Positions 27,413-35,746 of a DNA stretch of 64,000 nt are shown here, one piece after another. The stretch is taken from contig CAYOSH010000001.1 of assembly GCA_964406575.1 (NCBI GenBank), positions 192,727 through 256,726 on the forward strand, read 5' to 3'. The stretch's first letter is position 1. The number at the start of each line of letters is the position of its first letter. The position numbers and the translations under genes were made by a program. This DNA comes from an uncultured Eubacteriales bacterium (GTDB taxonomy: Bacteria; Acidobacteriota; Aminicenantia; Aminicenantales; Aminicenantaceae). A model generated the notes under the pieces. It saw only the letters and a program-made list of their open reading frames with translations. It had not been told where the DNA came from and ran no database searches.

Positions 27413-29119
27413 CTATTTTTCGAACAGTTCATCAAAATGAAAATCAGCCCATTCCATGTAAGGCGCATCCCACATATCGGTCTTCAGGTCATCGACAGCT
27501 ATGAGAATGCGGCGTTCATTCGCGAGAAAGATAACGGAATATTCAGTCGTGCCATTAGCCACTTGTTGCAGGAGTCTCATTGCTTCATCGCGTCCCAAGG
27601 ATTTTCCTTGGCGAGACCATGCTTCGAGCGTGTGCATGCCCGTCTCATACCTCCAGCGTGAAGAAAAAGAGACCGAACTTCCCAGGGATTCGTGGGGTCG
27701 GACTGGATCGAAGCCATAAACAAGATGATGATTTGAAGCCATAATGTTGCTCGAATTGACAGGTCTAACGTCTGTGGGCGTTCGTGTGGCAAAACCGGTG
27801 CGGCCTCCCTCATAAACAAAGGCGGGTGATTTTTGGCCCTTGTAGGGTACAGCCCAAAGGATAATCGACCCGGCTGCCGTGATACCGCCCGTTGAACACA
27901 TAAAAGGCTTCATCATCTGGAGAACACTCTCAGGAGACGCATCTCCACCTTGTTTTTCTAGAATGATTCGCTGAATCCAGGAACAGGGAACGACGGAGTT
28001 AGGAACGGGTCCAGGACCCGAGGCTCCGGCGTTTTCCATGGAGTAAAGGCCTTCTTCATTGATGCCTGAAATGGTGCCGACAAAACCGGGCCACATGGCC
28101 GAAATCCAGCGTTTATGGCCGGATTCAGAGGGATCCACAGCATAAACGAGAAAATGGCTAACCGTGACTTTTCTTACATCGCATTCCCCATCCATGTTCC
28201 TGGCAGCGATAAGACCGCCGTTGTGATCTCTGCCTTTCCTTTGTGATCCCCAGAAGGCGAATTGGGTACAGGACGATGGAGAGGCCACTGGAGAAGCCGC
28301 TCGTCTCTCGATATAAGCATTGATGGCCAAGAGATCGGTCCGGGTAAAATCGCGCCCCAGAGCTTCCACCCGCATATCCAATCCCGATTTTTGCATGCCT
28401 TTGATGACGGCATCGCATTCTCTCAGGAATTCGGAGGGGCAGTTGAGGTGCCCCTCAAGAAAAGGAACGAAAGTGTCTTGATACCGCTTTGCCGATCCCC
28501 AGTTGTCTTCGATGATGTAAAATTCAAAGAAATCGATGATCTGTCTTCCCACAAGATACCCGTGGGCGAAGCCCCGTTCCTCTGCCGTTCCCCAGAGCTG
28601 TAAAACCGGGAGCCCCTGCTTCCACCTGAGCGCTCCGTGCTCGATAATTTTTTTCTCCCTCGGAAAAATCGTAGGAACACGAAGCCTGAAATCACAATTG
28701 GTCGCATCGGATTGCGTGAGATCGATCGGATCCCAGCGCCCAACCGGAGTCGATGTGAACCATCCGAAAGGTTCGGGAGGATCGAATCCCACTTCACCAT
28801 TTCCGTCGGTATCGATAAAAGCCAAAACCGAGTAATGAGCAGGAATCAGGCGATCAAATGTGTAGTCGCCCGGTTTTTCGAGCTCCAAACTTTGGAATGG
28901 GTCGAGATCAGCATAGATATCTGCTTTAGTGAGCGGCAAGATCCGCCCTTCAGAGGAAGTATACAGTTTGTACAGATTGACAATGATGCTTCCTGAATGA
29001 TCTCCTTCATAAATCAAACGACCGGATAAGGATCTGGTGTTCGCAACGCTTTTCCCACAGCTCAAAAATAAGAGGGACAGTAAGGCTGCGATCCATTTGT
29101 ATTGTCTCGTTTTTAACAA
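27413..29119 (-). CDS. Ntn-hydrolase-like (peptidase C45 / acyltransferase-like) lipoprotein with an N-terminal beta-sandwich module
   Basis: AAGGAG lies 6 nt before the TTG at 29119. The lipobox is 'LLSLLFLSC'. 'SPSSCTQFAFWG' is a candidate Ntn Cys and 'LIAARNMDGE' is an Arg-Asn-x-Asp block. The family call is from memory. Confidence 0.65.
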   Translation of the reverse strand: MLKTRQYKWIAALLSLLFLSCGKSVANTRSLSGRLIYEGDHSGSIIVNLYKLYTSSEGRILPLTKADIYADLDPFQSLELEKPGDYTFDRLIPAHYSVLAFIDTDGNGEVGFDPPEPFGWFTSTPVGRWDPIDLTQSDATNCDFRLRVPTIFPREKKIIEHGALRWKQGLPVLQLWGTAEERGFAHGYLVGRQIIDFFEFYIIEDNWGSAKRYQDTFVPFLEGHLNCPSEFLRECDAVIKGMQKSGLDMRVEALGRDFTRTDLLAINAYIERRAASPVASPSSCTQFAFWGSQRKGRDHNGGLIAARNMDGECDVRKVTVSHFLVYAVDPSESGHKRWISAMWPGFVGTISGINEEGLYSMENAGASGPGPVPNSVVPCSWIQRIILEKQGGDASPESVLQMMKPFMCSTGGITAAGSIILWAVPYKGQKSPAFVYEGGRTGFATRTPTDVRPVNSSNIMASNHHLVYGFDPVRPHESLGSSVSFSSRWRYETGMHTLEAWSRQGKSLGRDEAMRLLQQVANGTTEYSVIFLANERRILIAVDDLKTDMWDAPYMEWADFHFDELFEK

Positions 29120-29144
29120 TGGGAACTCCTTTTTTAGAATTACG

Positions 29145-29239
29145 CCAAATTCCTCACAATTTTCCGCAATTTCCACCTGCTGACATCCTGTAATAAAAGT
29201 ATCACATCCAAACAGACAAGGTCAACGAATCAAAAAGCG
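29145..29239 (+). repeat. 95-nt intergenic repeat, copy 2
   Basis: See 26902-26996. It lies about 25 nt upstream (minus-strand sense) of the start of 27413-29119. Confidence 0.85.
29198..29225 (-). promoter_or_regulatory. Promoter candidate inside repeat copy 2
   Basis: The minus strand reads TTGACC - 16 nt - GATACT preceded by TGT (extended -10-like). It would give a ~70-nt leader consisting of the rest of the repeat. Confidence 0.35.
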
Positions 29240-29547
29240 TACCCAACGCATCTCCCAAATATAGGGCGGAAGTGTGTAGAAGTCAGATATTTTTTATTAC
29301 CTCTTCATACCCAGAATGATATTGCTCTAGCGAATGGTCTATTTTGAATGATTTGCAGGAATGATTCGACCGGAAGATGGTAAAAATGTTAAATAATTTT
29401 ACAGGCCAGTCCATTTTATTTTGTTCTCGACCTGGAGAGAGTATTGGTATGTTTGTTGCAATAAAACAGTCGAAGACGAAACGATGATAAAAATCCCTGG
29501 ATCAGCCATCAGAAAGAAATATCAAGCGAAATACCAAGGTTATTATT

Positions 29548-30981
29548 ATGTTTAACAGATATGCAGGTCATTATAGTTTGCTGATTGCAGCGGTTTTTCT
29601 CATCTGCAGTCCCATGTCTGGACTTAACCATATCGATTACCCGAAAGGACAGATCATCGATCATCTCATCTGTCAAATGGATCCCGATCAAGGTTATTCC
29701 GTTTATCTGCCGACTTCATATTCGGTGCAGCAGTGCTGGCCTATCATTTATGCCTTTGATCCGGGTGCGCGCGGACGGAATGCCGTGGAGAAATTCCAGG
29801 CGGCTGCGGAGATGTACGGGTATATCGTTGTTGGATCGAACAATGCACACAATGGGCCCTGGGAGCCCATTATCAAGGCTGCCGTATCCATGTGGACTGA
29901 CACCCATGCCCGGTTTTCTTTGGATGGAAAACGGACCTACAGCGCCGGTTTTTCCGGGGGAGCTAGAGCAGCCGCTCTATTCCCAAAGATGATCGGCCGG
30001 CGGACTGCCGGCGTCATTGGATGCGGCGCGGGTATCGCAGAGGGACAGAAACCGGACGAACTGAGCACCTACGCCTACTGCGGCATTGCGGGACAAAAGG
30101 ACAGCAATTACAGGGAGATGCTTCTTCTGCGGGAATCTCTTTCGGGGGCCTCCCTGGCTCACCGCTTCCTCTTCTTTGAAGGCGGCCATGAATGGCCTCA
30201 GGAAGAAGAGTGCATCCGGGCGGTGGAATGGATGGAAATCCAGGCCATGCGACAGAACCTCAAAGCCAGAGATTTTTCCATGATAGAGAGCGCTTACAGG
30301 AAGGAAATGGAACTGGGTCAGTCCTTGGAAGGGAAGAATCCCTGGCTGGCTCTCAGCCTTTATGATGAAATTCTGAATACATATTCCAATCTGCTGGACA
30401 CAGGAGAGCTCAGAGAAACAAGAGAGAGGTTAGCTCGATCTAAATCATACAAAAGTTCCCTGGCTAAAGAGGAGAAGATCCGGGCGGAAGAAGAGAAAAC
30501 ATTTCTCCGATTCAACAGGATCTATCATCAAATCGAAGAAGAGACATTGAAAAGAAAAGATTTTTCGCTGATTCTCCGGGAGGTTGAGCTGGATAAGCTG
30601 AAGCGCGAGGCTTCTGGCTCCGAGGATGTTGACAGGCGCCTGATGGCCAGCAGGATTCTTTTTGCCTGCTGGATGCACTGCAGGCACCGCGGAGATCAGT
30701 TTTTAACGGATAAACGTACAGGACCGGCCATTCTCTTCCTCAAATTATCTCTGGAGGTGTATGAATACATCCCACGAAACCCTAAATATCTCTACTATAA
30801 CCTGGCCTGTGCCTATGCATTGGAAAAAAACGCCAAACAGGCTGTTAAGTATATTGAATCTGCGGTGGCCCGGGAATTCGACGAGTTTCATCTGCTGGAG
30901 GAGGACCGCGATTTTGATCCGATTAGGAAGAGTGCTGAATTCAAAGCGCTGATTCAATCTGTTAAAAAAGACTCCCTCTAA
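29548..30981 (+). CDS. Secreted alpha/beta-hydrolase (esterase-like) with a C-terminal helical/TPR-like domain
   Basis: Signal peptide. 'YSAGFSGGARAAA' is a GxSxG elbow. The C-terminal 200 aa are helical-repeat-like ('YYNLACAYALEKNAKQAVKYIESAV'). Confidence 0.65.
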   Translation: MFNRYAGHYSLLIAAVFLICSPMSGLNHIDYPKGQIIDHLICQMDPDQGYSVYLPTSYSVQQCWPIIYAFDPGARGRNAVEKFQAAAEMYGYIVVGSNNAHNGPWEPIIKAAVSMWTDTHARFSLDGKRTYSAGFSGGARAAALFPKMIGRRTAGVIGCGAGIAEGQKPDELSTYAYCGIAGQKDSNYREMLLLRESLSGASLAHRFLFFEGGHEWPQEEECIRAVEWMEIQAMRQNLKARDFSMIESAYRKEMELGQSLEGKNPWLALSLYDEILNTYSNLLDTGELRETRERLARSKSYKSSLAKEEKIRAEEEKTFLRFNRIYHQIEEETLKRKDFSLILREVELDKLKREASGSEDVDRRLMASRILFACWMHCRHRGDQFLTDKRTGPAILFLKLSLEVYEYIPRNPKYLYYNLACAYALEKNAKQAVKYIESAVAREFDEFHLLEEDRDFDPIRKSAEFKALIQSVKKDSL

Positions 30982-31152
30982 CAGCTAACGCCGGGGCTAT
31001 ATTCAGGACTTTTCGCCCGGGTCAAATCCAAGTGATCCTGCCAGTGTCTCCAAAGAAAAGGAATGGTCAATCCCAACTGCAATTTGCTGATTAGCTACAG
31101 GCATATGCATGTATACTTAAGCATATTGCCCCGCCGTTTGTGGGGACACAGT

Positions 31153-33777
31153 TTACTCTCCGTGCTCAATCTGGCCGAATATCGGGCGGCCGCCGAAAGC
31201 GGTGTAAAATCCATAGAGGGTGATGGCAACGACAACGATCAATGTCAATAAAGAGCCTCTTGACGACCAGCCCGGAATATCGAGCCGGAGGGGCATTCTC
31301 ATCAGGATATTATAGATAAAGAAGGAAATTGCCGCCGGAAGAAATCCGTAAAGCAGCAATAGGCCGGCAATTAATGCGGAAAAGATGCAGCCGGTCAAAA
31401 TCTGTTCCGTGAGACTTCCCGAGCTTCCAACCAGAAAGGTCACCGTTCCAAAAAAAGTAAATACGACGGCCACCAGCCAGGTTTTTCTAAAGACGGCGTG
31501 GCAGAAGACCATCGCAATCATCCACCCGACTCCGTAGAATGCGGTCAGGCCGATGATATAGAGGACCGTTCCCAGCTGTTGAGGAAAACCCAATAGGGAG
31601 TTCAATTCGATGTGGGCCGACCATTCACCCGGCAGGAACATCCACGCAGGAAAAGCTCTGAATATGAACACGGGCACTACCGTTATAGCGCCGGCAATAC
31701 ACCCGATCAGAATGTCACGTCCGACCAGCGGGTCGCGGAAGCGTCCCGACATGAATCGGCTCCAGGATATCAGCAATTTTGCCCAGCGCCGGCGCATGGC
31801 TGGTTCCATGGCCATGTAGGCAATCCACATGAAGACGGCATCGAAGAGAAAAAAAGCCATACCGCCCCGGATCCACCACATGAAATCGCTAAAAGAATTA
31901 TAAGCGTGGTGAGCCCATAAGGCCGAGGCAGAAGCCAATGTCAGAAAAATAAAAATGGAGACCCGAAATGCTCCCCGTGCGTCGCTGCGCTTCATCCGGA
32001 TATTGCGGCGGGCGAGATATATCCCAAATAGCAAGAGCACAAGGACCGTAGTGAACCATATGGCTGGAAAAATCATCTGAGTCCACCGGGTTTGGAGGTT
32101 TGTTGCAGCAGCTCTAATTAACCAGGGGCCTTGAATCTCAAAGAATGCCGGCTTCCCTCGGAGAGAAGCCGAAAGAACGCGGATGGGTACAGGCCTTTGT
32201 TGATTGAGAGTTCCCGTCCAGGCTTGCTCGTGGTCAAAAGCCAGGGGTGGCAGTCCTTTTGGAGAAACTGGAGAGAGTGATTGGATCTCCAAGCCTGCGG
32301 CGGTCAACAAGGCACTCCAGTCTGGGACCGCGGTTGATTCTTCGTTCACTGAAGCGGATGCGGGAATAGCCATGAATCGAAGCAGCCGGCCTTGGGAATC
32401 GAGATCGACGCCGATCATCCCGGCTACATTAAAAGGCGGATTATTTTCCCGGATAAAACCTTGATTACCGCTAGGCACTAGACGCCTGGGGCTTTGTCGG
32501 TAACGAAACCTCACCAGCCTTGTTTCCAGTTCCTGGATCTGTGGTCTTGATGAGATTTTTGATTGATTATGTTGAAGCCAATAAATGAGGTCTTCATCTG
32601 CTTCGAACCAGTAGGCACTGTCTTTGGGCGATTCGGTGTATCCGATGGATCCTAAAATCTCACGCGCCCGCTCAGCTAAAACATCAGGGCTTTTTTTGAA
32701 TTCCGGAGTTCCTAAAAGGATGGACCTTGGGGCCAGGACGACGGCGATAACAAGAACGGCAACGAACAGACCCAACAATCCCCAGGCGGCCAAAGCGCCA
32801 AGGCTGCCCTCTTTTCCCGCGGCGGCCACCATCTCAGGAGACGGTGTTCGTCCGGCAGCCAGGGCGGCCCTGAGGGGATCGCCTCCCGGGAGAGCGACAG
32901 CCACCTCGAGGACGGACCCCGGACGAGAAGCGGGATCTCTGGCTAGACAGCGCGTGATCACACGATCGATTTCTGGGTCGATATCCAAGCCATAGGAAGA
33001 TGGAGGCGGAGGAGTCTCTGTCAACTGCTTACGGCGGATCTCCTCCAGGGACACACCCTCAAGGACCTTGTGCCCGGTGAAAAGCTCATAAAGGACGAGC
33101 CCCAGCGAGAAGATGTCGCTCTTCACAGAAGTTCCCATCCCCGCCAGTTGTTCGGGCGCCATATAAGCTGGCGTTCCAGCGGAATCCTCTGCTTGAGTGC
33201 GTTCGAAAGGTTTGATGGCCAGGCCGAAGTCCATGATGCGGGCCTGGCCACGACCATCGATCATGATGTTTGCCGGCTTGAGATCGCGATGGATGACACC
33301 CTGCTCGTGAGCGGCGGCCAAACCCGCACATATCTCTCGGGATATCTCGAGAGCTTTCTGGGCCGGAAGCCGGCCGATTCGTTTTAACAAAGAGGCCAGG
33401 TCTTCCCCATCCACATACTCCATGGACAGGAAATGCCTTCCTTCGTACTCTCCGATATCATAAACCCGGCAGACATTGGGGTGGGAGATCTGGCGGGCAT
33501 TGCGCACTTCGGCATAAAGGTAATGGAGCATGGTCTGATCGCTCGATAGCCCGGAAGGCAAAAACTTCAAAGCGACCGGTTGGCCTAATTTGATGTCTTC
33601 GGCGCGATAAACCATCCCCATCCCGCCCTGTCCTAAAGGGCTGACGATCTGGTAACGGCCGACGAAAACTGTCCCTGGAGGGAATCCTCTAGCTGAACCT
33701 GAAGTGGAAGGAGAAGATCCTCCTGGACCGGGTGTGGTCAATGTTTTATCTGGGGGAGGAAAAGGTCGGTCTGGCAA
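31153..33777 (-). CDS. Ser/Thr protein kinase with an extracytoplasmic domain and a polytopic C-terminal membrane domain
   Basis: 'LGQGGMGMVYRA', 'VALKFL', 'HRDLKPANI', 'DFG' and 'GTPAYMAPE'. A TM lies near aa 335-355 and at least 7 hydrophobic segments occupy the last ~300 aa. The start is a TTG. Confidence 0.9.
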   Translation of the reverse strand: MPDRPFPPPDKTLTTPGPGGSSPSTSGSARGFPPGTVFVGRYQIVSPLGQGGMGMVYRAEDIKLGQPVALKFLPSGLSSDQTMLHYLYAEVRNARQISHPNVCRVYDIGEYEGRHFLSMEYVDGEDLASLLKRIGRLPAQKALEISREICAGLAAAHEQGVIHRDLKPANIMIDGRGQARIMDFGLAIKPFERTQAEDSAGTPAYMAPEQLAGMGTSVKSDIFSLGLVLYELFTGHKVLEGVSLEEIRRKQLTETPPPPSSYGLDIDPEIDRVITRCLARDPASRPGSVLEVAVALPGGDPLRAALAAGRTPSPEMVAAAGKEGSLGALAAWGLLGLFVAVLVIAVVLAPRSILLGTPEFKKSPDVLAERAREILGSIGYTESPKDSAYWFEADEDLIYWLQHNQSKISSRPQIQELETRLVRFRYRQSPRRLVPSGNQGFIRENNPPFNVAGMIGVDLDSQGRLLRFMAIPASASVNEESTAVPDWSALLTAAGLEIQSLSPVSPKGLPPLAFDHEQAWTGTLNQQRPVPIRVLSASLRGKPAFFEIQGPWLIRAAATNLQTRWTQMIFPAIWFTTVLVLLLFGIYLARRNIRMKRSDARGAFRVSIFIFLTLASASALWAHHAYNSFSDFMWWIRGGMAFFLFDAVFMWIAYMAMEPAMRRRWAKLLISWSRFMSGRFRDPLVGRDILIGCIAGAITVVPVFIFRAFPAWMFLPGEWSAHIELNSLLGFPQQLGTVLYIIGLTAFYGVGWMIAMVFCHAVFRKTWLVAVVFTFFGTVTFLVGSSGSLTEQILTGCIFSALIAGLLLLYGFLPAAISFFIYNILMRMPLRLDIPGWSSRGSLLTLIVVVAITLYGFYTAFGGRPIFGQIEHGE

Positions 33778-34100
33778 GATTTTCCTGTTTATTTAATAAT
33801 CCCGTAAATCGAAGTTAAACTATTCTATCACAGAGAGAAATTCGAAGTCAAAACGGGGAATCCCAAGTAAGAATCCTTATTTCCGTGATGCTCTCAAGTC
33901 AAATGATAATAGCAGGAGCTCGTCAGAGTCCATATTCGTCGAAGACCCCGCAGCCATCACCATTCGACTCTTAGGGAAACTGGCTCGTTCATTTTTCCAT
34001 TTAATGCGACTATCAAGGAAAAAAGGAAGCTTCCGAATCCCAGGACAAAAAAAGATCCTTTTGGCAAAGTGTTTCTACCGGCTTTGGACCGCATAAATCT

Positions 34101-35381
34101 CTAGAACTCGAAGCTCACTGAAATACTCGGGATGATCATCCGCATCCCGAAAGTTCCCGGGTCGTTATAACCGCTGTACTCGATGATCCGATCTTTCCCG
34201 CTCATATACTCCAGGCCTGCATCGATCTTCCAGCCGGATACAATGGTGCTGATTCCTAATGTGAACGTGTTATAAGTGTAACTGGGCAACAGTAGATTCA
34301 TAGTTTTATCCGGGCTGGGTGCAGGATCGTAGCAATAACCCGCCCTCAAGGCCAAGACCGGGCTCAAGGCATATTCCCCACCAAAACGGATCTGGATTTT
34401 ATCCTCCCAGGCCATGAGTATGTCGTCATATCCCTCTGCTCCCCAAAACTGTGCCCAGTAGGGATCCTTGTATAGAGTTATATTCCTCTCAAGCGTCGAC
34501 CAATGGCTCCACTGGATGTCAACCGCTACGAGTAACCGGGATATCGGCCATACGGCCACTCCAGCCGCAATACAAAGCGGCCAGGTGAGCTCCCTTTCCA
34601 TATCCGACGTGCCGGAGACATCATATAACGGAAAATGTGAAGTAATACCGGTTCCCTTGAACTTTATAGTGAAGGGGGTTCTCACTGTAAGTCCAAGCCG
34701 ATAAGTGGAACTCGGTGCTACTAAGACTCCCAAGGTCGCCCCGTAACCCCAGCCACCCATTTTTTCTTCATATTGGCCCAGGTCAACGGGAATCCCTGGC
34801 ATTTCGGGCAGCTCGTAGACGCCGGCAATCGTGCTCATTCTGGACACCCCATAGTTTAGGTTGAAAGTCAATCCAGCCGAAACAATATCACTGATCTTGA
34901 CGGCCACAAGGGGCGAAAAGGAAAGCACCCCGATTGTAGCGAACCATTTATAAAGAATACCGCCTGAAAACGGAGCGAGACCCTCTGCATTCCATTCCCC
35001 GCCCATTCCGGAGGGCGTGGAGATCCCGAAGCCGACCACGACGCGCGAGCTGATCGGCTGGTAGAAGGACACCAACCCACCTAGAACTTGGGCCGGCTCG
35101 GATTTAGCGTCGATAAAGTAATTCGGAGGTGTCCCGTATTGGTACGTCTCCGATGGGATAAGATCGAATACATTTAAACCTGCTATCGGTCGCATGAAAC
35201 TAGCCGCCCCTGCTGGATTCCAATATATAGTGCTGAAATCATCGGCCACGGCGACGAAGGCGCCGCCCATGGACAGGGCTCGCGACCCGAGGCCGTTCAA
35301 GTTCAGACCGTTCGCCCCGGCGAGTGCCGGAAGCGCCAAGATAACGATCATGATTGAGACATTCTTTTTGCTTAGCTTCAT
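34101..35381 (-). CDS. FadL/OMPP1/TodX-family outer-membrane transport protein
   Basis: AAGGAGG RBS before the ATG at 35381, and a signal peptide. 'GSRALSMGGAFVAVADDFSTIYWNPAG' is the family signature. The C-terminal residue is Phe. Confidence 0.8.
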   Translation of the reverse strand: MKLSKKNVSIMIVILALPALAGANGLNLNGLGSRALSMGGAFVAVADDFSTIYWNPAGAASFMRPIAGLNVFDLIPSETYQYGTPPNYFIDAKSEPAQVLGGLVSFYQPISSRVVVGFGISTPSGMGGEWNAEGLAPFSGGILYKWFATIGVLSFSPLVAVKISDIVSAGLTFNLNYGVSRMSTIAGVYELPEMPGIPVDLGQYEEKMGGWGYGATLGVLVAPSSTYRLGLTVRTPFTIKFKGTGITSHFPLYDVSGTSDMERELTWPLCIAAGVAVWPISRLLVAVDIQWSHWSTLERNITLYKDPYWAQFWGAEGYDDILMAWEDKIQIRFGGEYALSPVLALRAGYCYDPAPSPDKTMNLLLPSYTYNTFTLGISTIVSGWKIDAGLEYMSGKDRIIEYSGYNDPGTFGMRMIIPSISVSFEF

Positions 35382-35463
35382 GATATTCGCCTCCTTGATC
35401 GAATTAGAGTGATTATATTCTAAGCACGATAAGAAATACCACGAATATTTTTGGCAAAGTTCT

Positions 35464-35543
35464 GACCACTGATATCTTAATCCTTCTGCTGAAGATGAGC
35501 ACAATTAGCTCATCAAGGCAATGAATCAAAAACGAAGTAAATC
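35464..35543 (+). repeat. Weak third copy of the 95-nt repeat
   Basis: 'CAAGGCAATGAATCAAAAACGAAGTAAATC' compares with copy 1 'CAAGGTCAACGACTCAAAAAGCGAAGTAAATC'. 'CCACTGATATCTTAAT' compares with 'CCACTGACATCCTGAAAT'. The middle part is not alignable. Confidence 0.3.
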
Positions 35544-35689
35544 ACATGAATTCCTGGCTTATCGTCTCTGTCCAGTCTTCCGAATGCACAGAGGCTGGCT
35601 CATCTTTAATGATAGGGGGAGGGGAAGGATATTATCGAAGAACAGACGCTTCAAGCTCACCAGAGGATGGATCATGTATAAGAATATTG

Positions 35690-35733
35690 ATAAAAAGGGT
35701 GGCGTCTGGAGGAGTGTCCCCAAAACGCCACCC
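35690..35733 (-). terminator. Intrinsic terminator after the VWA gene
   Basis: The minus strand reads GGGTGGCGT - 19 nt - ACGCCACCC followed by TTTTTA. Confidence 0.65.
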
Positions 35734-35746
35734 AAGTGTTGCGAGA

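Noticed and set aside
29120-29176. An N-terminal extension of the C45-like gene from a GTG at 29176 ('MEIAENCEEFGVILKKEFP').
   Set aside because: The extension lies inside the 95-nt repeat. Its counterpart in copy 1 differs by non-synonymous changes and ends in a stop after 19 codons. AAGGAG followed by TTG at 29119 gives a clean lipoprotein signal peptide.
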